From an uncultured Nitrososphaerota archaeon (GTDB lineage Archaea > Thermoproteota > Nitrososphaeria > Nitrososphaerales > Nitrosopumilaceae): a DNA stretch of 64,000 nt. Under the pieces are notes generated by a model that saw only the letters and a program-made list of their open reading frames with translations, was not told the origin of the DNA and did no database searches. Below are positions 42,210-50,361 of the stretch, piece after piece. Position 1 is the first letter of the stretch. Every line of letters begins with the position of its first letter. The translations under genes and the position numbers were made by a program. The stretch is taken from contig OY969559.1 in NCBI GenBank assembly GCA_963701075.1, forward strand, positions 1,600,001 through 1,664,000. Direction: 5' to 3'.

Positions 42210-42511
42210 GCATTTTGGAGCTTAGATATTTGATTCGAGATGCCATGGTTAACAGACAACTAGTGGAATTTAGATATGATAACCAGTACGTGCTTGGAGA
42301 GCCGCATGTCTATGGGATAAAGATTAACAAAGTGCACCTTTTGGTCTACCAGATAGACGGCCAAAACAACGCAAGGCTGCCAAGTTGGCGAGACATACAG
42401 GTTGAAAAAATTTCCAACCTTCGCTTACTTTGCTATCATTTTCAAGGCAAAAGGACAAGCGGGATAAACATTCAAAGAGACTTTGACAAAATTTTGGAAA
42501 TGGTATCATAA
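42200..42511 (+). CDS. Stand-alone WYL-domain-like protein
   Basis: I..A...RQLVEFRYD......EPH.YG......LL.YQ..G......WR.....KI. Confidence 0.7.
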   Translation: MSLSILELRYLIRDAMVNRQLVEFRYDNQYVLGEPHVYGIKINKVHLLVYQIDGQNNARLPSWRDIQVEKISNLRLLCYHFQGKRTSGINIQRDFDKILEMVS

Positions 42512-42722
42512 CTAGAGTCTTTGAAATTAATTCAAAATAAAAAGAAAGGATTTTTCTTTATGTTTTTATGTTGCCAGAATTTCCGCCGTCTGGAGTGTTA
42601 TAGTTACACCATTGGTTTGCAGATGTGGAAGACTAGAGCTGTTTGTATGCCAGAAACACTATCAGCGCGATAGCTGAAGTTTATCGCTGGCCGAGGCCTC
42701 CGATTCCTGCCATTGGCCCACC

Positions 42723-43106
42723 TTAGGGTCCACTATACGGTGTCACGATGTTGATTCCTTGGTCTGCTGTAACCCTTACTTGCAGATCACTTCCACTTGG
42801 GGGAGAGAGCATGATTGTCTCGCCGGGATCAATTACCGGTACGAGGTCAGGTTTTGTGTTGTTTCCATAATCGACCCTTACATTAGTCACAGGTTGGCGT
42901 CCAATGTTTTTTATCATAATATGAGTATAGGTCCCAAATTGTCCCGTAGAAACCATTGGATTGACTGACAATGCATACTCTTGTGTAGGAGTCAAGACCA
43001 AAAAGTAGAGTACACCTAACGCCGCAATTGCGCCTGATATGGTTACCATAATCAACATTTTATTCATTGTAACCCTTTTTCTTTTTTGATATTTATGCAT
43101 GATCAA
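42723..43106 (-). CDS. Paralogue of 3418..3816 (membrane-anchored beta protein)
   Basis: THIMIKNIG...NVRVDYG...PGETIMLSPP...VRVTADQGI. Confidence 0.75.
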   Translation of the reverse strand: MIMHKYQKRKRVTMNKMLIMVTISGAIAALGVLYFLVLTPTQEYALSVNPMVSTGQFGTYTHIMIKNIGRQPVTNVRVDYGNNTKPDLVPVIDPGETIMLSPPSGSDLQVRVTADQGINIVTPYSGP

Positions 43107-43140
43107 ACCTTAACGATATCACGATGTAAGAGACTTGATT

Positions 43141-43506
43141 TTAGTTTTGATTTTTCTTTATGGCATCATTTATCATTTTTGCTGCCATTTCGTTGTCGTC
43201 GACCTCAAAGACTATCTTTTTGTAAAACTCGTGGTTCAAAGATACTGTTATGCATCGGTCTTTATGATGCATCTCAAAGAATACAAGACCGTCTCCTGTC
43301 ATGTACGTTCCATCTTTTATGATTCCAGGGATTCCAGTGCCTGCAACCTTCATTTGTTCAAAGACTCCCCACGGTACCTTTTCAGCTGAGGCAGACACGA
43401 CATGGCTTAGCGGTATAGTTATTGTTCTTCGCATTGTTAAAATCACATCTACGCCGTGAATTTCAAAAACCAGGTTGTCACCTTCAATTCTTACTTTTCC
43501 AGACAT
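43141..43506 (-). CDS. Hypothetical protein (bacterial PH-like fold suspected)
   Basis: ITIPLSHV, GTGIPG...GTY and IVFEVDD pattern. Confidence 0.65.
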   Translation of the reverse strand: MSGKVRIEGDNLVFEIHGVDVILTMRRTITIPLSHVVSASAEKVPWGVFEQMKVAGTGIPGIIKDGTYMTGDGLVFFEMHHKDRCITVSLNHEFYKKIVFEVDDNEMAAKMINDAIKKNQN

Positions 43507-44105
43507 TTGCTTGGTTTTATGATACTGTTTGCCTTGATTTTAATCTGCTGGATCTTTTGTCTTTTACTGGATACTGCAAGAAGTACATAATGAAAGAGCA
43601 TAGTTTCATTTCTTTTCATGTACTGTACATTTCATGATTTTAAAAAAACTATTCACTTGATTTTTTTGGTAAAATTTCAAGTCGTGTAAAACTTTTTTAC
43701 AAAAGATTTTATTTTTCAAAAATCATTTTTGGCGTGATTTTTCTCTAAAAAAACTTGTTTTTTGCAATCAAGTGTGTCAAACATATTTTGACAACTTGTA
43801 CACTAGATATTGAGCAGAACCTATATCAAGCTCAAATTTGACGGTTATAGTAGTTTTCATTTAAATATTTAAGTGAATTCGTCGTTTTATGACCGTTTTA
43901 CGGCCAGTTTCGTGCCTAAATCTGGCCGGAATTTTTGGGTTGAAATTTCTTTCACGACACCTTTACACCATTACATATGCATAACTTGTCCATAAGTATG
44001 TCGACAGAAAAATTTGGAGAAAAATTGTAATGTGGGAGAATTTTTGTTGTTCTGCTCTCATGTTTCAATACATATAAACAAGTTTACATCAAAATCTGTT
44101 GAAAA

Positions 44106-44537
44106 ATGTCCAACTACGGAATCCGGCACGATCCTAAAGTGCTCACGGTTGTAATTCTATCAATGTTGATGCCATCAGACCTTGGTAAAAAAATTCTAAA
44201 AGAATCTAATCTTGGAATTAGTGAAAAAACGCTTCAAAGAATCAAAAATGATATAAAAAATATAGGCGTTGCGCACATCATAGCGGAGGTACACAAACTG
44301 TATTTGTTGACTACAGTAGATTCGTTAGTTGATGCAATAAAATTAAAAAATATCATGTTTGACATCATAAACAGCCCTAGTGCAGATAGTTTGGAAAAAA
44401 TCAAGGCAGCACAAGTAGTAGTCAGTATCTTAAAAGGAATTCCCGGACTTTACGATCCTGAAATTGCCGAGTCAATACCATCGAAAGACAGCGCAGACAA
44501 TTCGAGGTCTGAGGTAAGCCAGGCAGACAAGGAGTGA
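44106..44537 (+). CDS. Hypothetical protein, putative terminase small subunit
   Basis: HTH-like LGISEKTLQRIK followed by helices; directly upstream of the terminase large subunit. Confidence 0.5.
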   Translation: MSNYGIRHDPKVLTVVILSMLMPSDLGKKILKESNLGISEKTLQRIKNDIKNIGVAHIIAEVHKLYLLTTVDSLVDAIKLKNIMFDIINSPSADSLEKIKAAQVVVSILKGIPGLYDPEIAESIPSKDSADNSRSEVSQADKE

Positions 44538-44632
44538 AATAACAAGCTGGACATCAATCAGACAGACAAGGAGAGTCCCGAGGGCGGTCAAGATCCCAGC
44601 CATTGGACATCAGATAAAGGTGCAGGGATATT

Positions 44633-45335
44633 TTGAGGCAAACTCGTAAAGCCCTGAAAAAATATCATGACCAAAATAAACATGGAAAAAAGAAAGTCAT
44701 TCCAGAGCCCATTCCTAAAAACATTCTTGAGTTTGTCAAAAATTACAGAATCATAAAAGGACAACCGTACTCGCTCAAAGGACGGGAATTTCTCATTCAG
44801 ATATATTTGGATATAGTACAACAGATCAATATAGTTAAGGCAAGGCAGATGGGTCTTACCGAGTTTGCTATGAACTGGCTCTTGTTTCATCTTTTGACGT
44901 ATCAAGGCACATGTGGCTTGTATGTAGCAGATAGGGAATCCCATGTCTTAGCGTTTGCGGACCGCCTCCGTGAAGCTGATACTCAGTTCAGAGAAGCTAA
45001 AGCCGTGGATAGTTAGAATAACAAACGAGAGCGTCAAATTTGCAAATGGTTCAATTCTATACATGATTACGGGTTGGGGCAAGTTTGAAAAAGCTCGCTC
45101 ATATCCGGTTGACTTTGCTGTAGTGGATGAGGTCCAGTCACTTGACCTTGAGGGACTGCCTGTGTTAAAGGAAACACTGTCAGCCTCATCCCACAAGAGA
45201 CTCGTTGTGATTGGCACAGGCTCTGATCAAGGCGATCTCTGGTGGGATGAGTGGCACCGTGGAACTCAACTTAACTGGGTACCGGCTCACGACAACACAC
45301 CAAGATCTCAGGTATATGCGGCGGGCATAGGCTGA
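44633..45335 (+). pseudogene. Viral terminase large subunit (GpA-like ATPase domain only); +1 frameshift at 44978; C-terminally truncated
   Basis: Walker A KARQMGLTE, Walker B FAVVDEVQ, motif III VIGT. Removing G44978 gives DRLREAILSSEKLKPW. No nuclease domain follows. Confidence 0.8.
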
Positions 45336-45481
45336 TTGCGTAAAAAACAGCTGAAAATTAGTGAATTGGTTTTATCCAATCACTATTCCTACTATTTGAT
45401 AACCAAAATTATGTAGATCATCTTTTTTGAAAAAAGACTGGATTTGCGCATTTTCTTGATTTTGCTTGCAAGTGGATATAA

Positions 45482-45784
45482 TCACTCCATCTTGGACTCG
45501 TCTGCAACAAAATGCTTCATGAGCGATATGATATACGACGAGGTGCGGATGTTCTCGTGGGCATAGCTTGTATGGATGAACCGCATTTTTTCATGCATTG
45601 AGAGTGCCTTGGTCCATATCTGCCTTGCAGTGGAGCGGTCAATTGTCCACAGTGTGTCGTCTGACGTGGTTACAATTATTCTTCCCCCAGAGTATTTTGC
45701 AAAAAATGGCTTGGTCTGGGTTGCAAACTGTTTTTGTGTGGCAAGGTTTGTTGTCATTGTACCCCAATACTCGTCGAATTTCAT
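45482..45784 (-). CDS. Hypothetical protein
   Basis: 100-aa ATG ORF with globular composition. Confidence 0.6.
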   Translation of the reverse strand: MKFDEYWGTMTTNLATQKQFATQTKPFFAKYSGGRIIVTTSDDTLWTIDRSTARQIWTKALSMHEKMRFIHTSYAHENIRTSSYIISLMKHFVADESKME

Positions 45785-46173
45785 GGTACGATTATAGTAT
45801 TTACTTTGATTTAACTAGTTTTGATGGTTTTTTCTGCATGGTGTTGTTTTTGGGGTATTGGTGCCAGGATGAAGGTTGTTTTTGGATATATTGTGTTTGA
45901 ACTCTAGTGGAAGATTTGTTGGGTGTTTTCGCCAGGACGACGGTGACACATCTCGCTTTCCGCGCCGTAAAATAATCAGGTAAGTAGGGTGAAAACCTGA
46001 AAAACCTTTTCCCAATTTTTTACTTTAATTAAAACAGATTTTGTTTAGGGATCAGAGATCCTATTTGTTAAAATGCATTATTCTTATCAGTTCTGTATTT
46101 GATTGAAGTTCAAATCGGAAGGTCTGGGTGCTGATATAGGTTCACTTTTTGGATTCATGTTTTAAATAGATAA

Positions 46174-46707
46174 TTACAGGTTACTGGCATCCTGACCCAT
46201 CTGTCTTCTTCGTGTGACAATACCGTGACATGAAGGGCATAATGCTCTACAATTAGATTCGTCATTATTCGATCTATCACTGTCTTTATGATCCCAATCC
46301 AAAATCGTAAGTAATCTACCACATATGGCGCACTTATGATCCTGTCTACGAATGGTTTTGATTTTTGTTTCCTCTGAGAAATCCAATCGCGGTATGTTTG
46401 TACGATCTTTTCTGATCTTTTTCTTTTTGTTTATTTTCAGGGGTTTGTATAGTTGAAGTAAATCATCTATCTCATTAACCAGTTCTTTAGTAAATTCTTT
46501 TTTTGTAACATTATTTATTTTAAAGAAGTTTGTTTTTACACTATTAATAATAGAAAAAAGATTATGTTGGGATTTTCTTTTAATTATTTTTTCAGCTGTT
46601 TTTTCAGAAAGATTTAAAGAAAAATCATCTGCTTCCCTCCATCCATTTTTGTATAACACATCCCATATTCGCGATTGAATTGATGATTTTAGATCAGCAA
46701 ATGTCAA
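46174..46707 (-). CDS. HNH endonuclease with an N-terminal helical domain
   Basis: RQDHKCAICG...DWDHKD...NN..SNCRALCPSCH (Zn-bound HNH); TTG start overlaps the upstream TGA. Confidence 0.9.
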   Translation of the reverse strand: MTFADLKSSIQSRIWDVLYKNGWREADDFSLNLSEKTAEKIIKRKSQHNLFSIINSVKTNFFKINNVTKKEFTKELVNEIDDLLQLYKPLKINKKKKIRKDRTNIPRLDFSEETKIKTIRRQDHKCAICGRLLTILDWDHKDSDRSNNDESNCRALCPSCHGIVTRRRQMGQDASNL

Positions 46708-47081
46708 ACAGATTTTATTCCAAATTTTTTTGTTAGTTCTTTTTCTATATTTAATATCTTTACTTTTGTAGTTTTGTCATAGATTTTACCCTGTCTAGTA
46801 GTTTTTTTAACATAAATTAGATCCTCTGCAAGCAGTTCCCCTATTCTTGTAGATACATGTGGTTGTCTCATAGGCTTTAGTTTTTTAACTAACTCATTTA
46901 CAGTTCTTTCCCCATCAACCGCCAAAAAGACTTTTACCCTATCCTTTGATTTACCGAAAAAAATCATCAAATCAGTTACTATTTCTTTTCTGTTTGCACG
47001 AAGTAGCAGATCAACGGATTTGTCTAGACCATCCACTTTATACCGTATTTCTCTAACATCTCGTTCTAAATGTTCTGTCAT
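46704..47081 (-). CDS. Coiled-coil + ArsR-like winged-HTH protein
   Basis: VFLAVDGERTVNELVKKL...QPHVSTRIGELLAEDLIY wHTH preceded by a heptad segment. Confidence 0.8.
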   Translation of the reverse strand: MTEHLERDVREIRYKVDGLDKSVDLLLRANRKEIVTDLMIFFGKSKDRVKVFLAVDGERTVNELVKKLKPMRQPHVSTRIGELLAEDLIYVKKTTRQGKIYDKTTKVKILNIEKELTKKFGIKSV

Positions 47082-47084
47082 ATT

Positions 47085-47252
47085 TTATTCCTTAGATTTT
47101 GATTGTTTGATGTTTTTCGGAATGAATTCGTATAATGTTTTAGTACTCATTCCAGTAGCTTTCACTATATTTTCTATTGGTATTCCTTGTTTGACTAGTT
47201 GTATTATAAGTAATTTTTTGATAATGTTTAATTCTTTTTGTATATCATCCAT
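47085..47252 (-). CDS. 55-aa coiled-coil + HTH microprotein (not in ORF track)
   Basis: Manual translation: MDDIQKELNIIKKLLIIQLVKQGIPIENIVKATGMSTKTLYEFIPKNIKQSKSKE*. Fills the operon gap exactly. Confidence 0.8.
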   Translation of the reverse strand: MDDIQKELNIIKKLLIIQLVKQGIPIENIVKATGMSTKTLYEFIPKNIKQSKSKE

Positions 47253-47253
47253 T

Positions 47254-47454
47254 CTAATTCATCTTTCTCACTATTGCATGTACCTTATCTCTGTCAGTTT
47301 TTAGAAAATCCTTTATTTCAGATTCTTTCATACCTATTTTATACAATGTAATTACCTGATTTTTGAAATCGAGATCTTTTATTATATTTACAAGTAGAGC
47401 TTTTGTTAAAAAGTCAAGTTTATTGGTTAAAATGGAAAACTGATCATCATTCAT
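47254..47454 (-). CDS. Coiled-coil + HTH small protein (paralogue family)
   Basis: KLDFLTKALL...QVITLYKIGMKESEIKDFL. Confidence 0.8.
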   Translation of the reverse strand: MNDDQFSILTNKLDFLTKALLVNIIKDLDFKNQVITLYKIGMKESEIKDFLKTDRDKVHAIVRKMN

Positions 47455-47651
47455 TTTTTATTCCTCAATTGTGAGAGGGTAGAATTTACAGTGTTTTGTG
47501 TCTTGTCCAAAATTTTTGCTATGTCTTTATTACTTATCCCCAACTTATGTAACAATAAAATTTGTTCGCCTGCATCTTTATCTTTTATCAACCCAAATGC
47601 GAGGAGTTTGATTATAGTATCCAACTTTTGTAGAGTTTCTTTTTCATTCAT
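47451..47651 (-). CDS. Coiled-coil + HTH small protein (paralogue family)
   Basis: KLDTIIKLLA...QILLLHKLGISNKDIAKILDKTQNTV. Confidence 0.85.
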   Translation of the reverse strand: MNEKETLQKLDTIIKLLAFGLIKDKDAGEQILLLHKLGISNKDIAKILDKTQNTVNSTLSQLRNKK

Positions 47652-47874
47652 TTGTTTTCACCTTTTTTGCTTTTGATTTTTCTTTTGCAACCATATTAGT
47701 GGTCGTATCTAAAATATTGGCAATTTGTTGGTTTTCGTATCCTTGTGAAATGAGATAAATTATTTTCTCACCCATGGTTTTATTTTGAAATTTTGATGGA
47801 CTAAGCAATATTCCAATTATTGTTTCTAGTCTTTTATTAATATCTGTATTTTTCTCCTTACCTGATTCACTCAT
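47644..47874 (-). CDS. Coiled-coil + HTH small protein (paralogue family); first gene of the operon
   Basis: RLETIIGILL...KIIYLISQGYENQQIANILDTTTNMV. Confidence 0.85.
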   Translation of the reverse strand: MSESGKEKNTDINKRLETIIGILLSPSKFQNKTMGEKIIYLISQGYENQQIANILDTTTNMVAKEKSKAKKVKTNE

Positions 47875-47899
47875 AATATCATTATATTGTGACTAGTTA

Positions 47900-48051
47900 T
47901 ATTTAAATTTTGCACATGGTGTGAAATATGGTAATCCATTAAGCCTTAATTATTTAAAGAAAATAGGCATAAATTTAATAATTTTCTAAAAGTAATATTA
48001 CCATATTACCATATTTACATATTTACATATTTGTTACATAGCCACACACCA
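47900..48051. promoter_or_regulatory. Divergent promoter region with BRE/TATA and operator-like repeats
   Basis: Minus-strand GCAAAA-TTTAAATA about 26 nt before ATG 47874; 8-bp tandem ATATT(A/T)(C/A)C units at 47995-48034; inverted copy AAATATGGTAAT at 47924-47935. Confidence 0.65.
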
Positions 48052-48065
48052 TAAAATCCAATAAC

Positions 48066-48299
48066 ATGGTCATTTTAGTATCTCATATGTCAAAATCGAG
48101 AAAATCTGAAATAGAATTGTTGGAGGAAATGAATGAAAAATTAGGTAAATTAGTTGGCATTCTTGCCATTCAAGGAAAAAACGAAGATGAACAAATTCGC
48201 ATTTTGAAGGTTCTGGGGTTTAGCTCAAAACAAACGGGTAGTCTGTTAGGAATTGAAGACTCTGCCATTAGGCATAGAAAAGCATGGACTCAGAATTAA
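48066..48299 (+). CDS. Fifth coiled-coil + HTH paralogue, divergently transcribed (start probably MSKSRK at 48087)
   Basis: KLGKLVGILA...QIRILKVLGFSSKQTGSLLGIEDSAI. Confidence 0.8.
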   Translation: MVILVSHMSKSRKSEIELLEEMNEKLGKLVGILAIQGKNEDEQIRILKVLGFSSKQTGSLLGIEDSAIRHRKAWTQN

Positions 48300-48315
48300 C
48301 TCAGACCCTGTTTTT

Positions 48316-48507
48316 TTATCCCTTTAACAAATCCGCCAATGTCTTTACTTTGGTTTTTTCGGGTTCTTCACTATTGATTCTATTCATTATGGATTCTTTG
48401 ACAAATGCTGATGGCGTACAACCATGTTTGTTGCAGGCATCAAGTAATTTACTATGTTCGTCTTCGTTTAACTTGGTAGACACAACTTTGTAGACCATGG
48501 TAGACAT
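48316..48507 (-). CDS. CopG/ribbon-helix-helix protein
   Basis: KVVSTKLNEDEHSKLLDAC...G.TPSAFVKESI. Confidence 0.75.
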   Translation of the reverse strand: MSTMVYKVVSTKLNEDEHSKLLDACNKHGCTPSAFVKESIMNRINSEEPEKTKVKTLADLLKG

Positions 48508-48526
48508 TGGTAGACAGATGGTAGAC
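48476..48526. repeat. Helically phased GTAGAC direct repeats x5 over the RHH start
   Basis: Copies at 48476, 48490, 48500, 48510 and 48521. Confidence 0.8.
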
Positions 48527-48697
48527 TAGAATATGCTTTGTTATAGGTTCAAATTTTGAAAGATCTGAACTCTAAGGTTTACTCACTACAAACGAGTTCA
48601 TTGATAAAGAGCAAAAATGGAATCCCCCCTCTTTGTGAGGAAAAACATGCTGTTGTCGTAAAACTTTAAGGGTGACATTTTCGGTGAAAATTTTATC

Positions 48698-49252
48698 TTG
48701 GGATCTGTATTTGTGTCGCATAGTAAACACGATGTCGATATAGTGAATTATTTTGCCAAAATTTTTGCTAGATTGAAATTACAAGCACATTTTATGGAAC
48801 TAGAGGATCTAGCAGGAAAATATCAAGGTGCTAGAATATCTGACATAATTCGTTCAAATTTTGTTGAAGATACAAAGGCTGTAATAGTTCTATTAGGAGA
48901 AAACCTAGAACATCCTCCAACTCCTACTCCACAATATACGCATAACTGGGTAAATTTTGAAGTAGGTGTAGCAGCGGGTTCTAGCAAACCTGTGTGGGTT
49001 TTTGAAAAATTCGATGAAGTAATCCAATTTCCAATTCCCTATGTAACGGATTATTGTCAATACCATCTAGGCAATGTTGATGAGTTAAGAGGCATAGCGG
49101 ATCTTTTAGAAAAACTATATCAACATAACCTTGTTGTCCAACCTGCAAGAATTCTAAAATGTCATCTATGCCAAGCCTCGTTCAGGCAATGGAATAAAAA
49201 TCAGACATGTATTAACTGCCCAGTATGCAGGCAATTCACTTGTGGCAGTTAA
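48698..49252 (+). CDS. TIR-domain protein with a C-terminal zinc ribbon
   Basis: VFVSHS..D, AVIVLLG and WVNFEVG (catalytic Glu position); ends CHLC...CPVC. Confidence 0.8.
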   Translation: MGSVFVSHSKHDVDIVNYFAKIFARLKLQAHFMELEDLAGKYQGARISDIIRSNFVEDTKAVIVLLGENLEHPPTPTPQYTHNWVNFEVGVAAGSSKPVWVFEKFDEVIQFPIPYVTDYCQYHLGNVDELRGIADLLEKLYQHNLVVQPARILKCHLCQASFRQWNKNQTCINCPVCRQFTCGS

Positions 49253-49298
49253 TAATTATCCATGATGTTAATTTCTAAAATATCCTTCTGTTCTTCTC

Positions 49299-49661
49299 TT
49301 ATTGCAACCTAGGATCATGACAGGTAGGAAGGTAAGAGAGATACGGCTTGGGGGTTCCATTACAGTCTTGTTTAATGATATTTATTGCATGAATGCAGGT
49401 AGTAGAATTAGAAATTGTAGTGTGGGCACATTGGTTTAGAATGTTTTCCGTTTCGTTGTTAAGGTTATTGAATACTGTTGCGTTAATTGTTGTCTGACCG
49501 GTGTAATTGAGAATTTTTCCATCTAGGTGTGATGTTAATTGTTCGGTTTGATTATTGGCCTGTTGGGCTTGGGGAAGCTGAGATGGCAGGACAAGTAGAA
49601 TAATCACAATACCAACAACAAGACTTGCAACACTAGTGATGAGTTTGCCTACAGTTTTCAT
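49299..49661 (-). CDS. Single-TM / secreted Cys-containing hypothetical protein
   Basis: N-terminal TM, N-glycosylation sequons, four Cys. Confidence 0.65.
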   Translation of the reverse strand: MKTVGKLITSVASLVVGIVIILLVLPSQLPQAQQANNQTEQLTSHLDGKILNYTGQTTINATVFNNLNNETENILNQCAHTTISNSTTCIHAINIIKQDCNGTPKPYLSYLPTCHDPRLQ

Positions 49662-49781
49662 TTAGTTTTTCCATAACCGCGAGTTGAGTATTTACGGCGC
49701 TTTAAAAGGCGTAGCAAATCCGGTTCTGCTACAAACTCTTTTCCCAAATTTTTTAATTTTCAAATTTCGAACCTTGTTCCT

Positions 49782-50246
49782 TTATCTAGATATCATAACT
49801 AAATATGCAATCGTGATTGCACCAAATGCGACAATAACTATGGTTGACAGATACACGATAGAAGGTCTTGGCACATAAATGCCCGCTTCAATGGCTTTCT
49901 GAGCCCTGAGATAGTTTACGAGTGCATAAATTATTAACAAAATTCCAAGACCAATCATACTCATACCAAGCATAGTTGATGAGAAAGGAACTGGTAGATT
50001 TGACGGGATTGTTTGATTTTTTGTCATAATGCCAAATTCCCTAAGAAAGAGACTGAATCTTGCGACCACAAAACCCAATCCCATAAGAGCAATGCAAGTG
50101 CGAAGCCATGCAAGAAAAGTACGCTCATTGGCAAGATGTTCGCTTGACCGATCAGATTTTTTATTTTCAGACAATTGTTTGAAGCTGAGATGTTGTTTAC
50201 AATATAAGGCTCTGGTTTTGTGATTGTACCATATAGTATTGCACAA
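49782..50246 (-). CDS. YidH/DUF202 family membrane protein (start uncertain)
   Basis: HLANERTFLAWLRT signature. Confidence 0.9.
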   Translation of the reverse strand: MCNTIWYNHKTRALYCKQHLSFKQLSENKKSDRSSEHLANERTFLAWLRTCIALMGLGFVVARFSLFLREFGIMTKNQTIPSNLPVPFSSTMLGMSMIGLGILLIIYALVNYLRAQKAIEAGIYVPRPSIVYLSTIVIVAFGAITIAYLVMISR

Positions 50247-50361
50247 ATATCAGATGAAAGACGATTTACCATTTGTGAGAATTGGTAGTAATTGCAATCA
50301 AGATTATCATTGCTGATAATTTACTAGATAACATATCAAGTCAAAATCATCATTTTTTGTC

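Larger units (their letters stand above)
44106..49756. mobile_element. Degenerate provirus remnant plus AT-rich accessory/defence island
   Basis: Terminase genes, HNH, HTH array, RHH and TIR; visibly AT-rich core at 46.1-48.1 kb; boundary-like repeats at 45962-46022 and 49691-49756. No integrase or tRNA att site seen. Confidence 0.55.

Noticed and set aside
45815-46015. 66-aa minus-strand ORF
   Set aside because: Unprotein-like composition; overlaps the boundary motifs and is more likely non-coding.
49755-49782. GGTTCGAA T-loop-like sequence at the island edge (possible tRNA att site)
   Set aside because: No T-stem pairing or cloverleaf; same for the GGTTCGAC at ~1313-1320.
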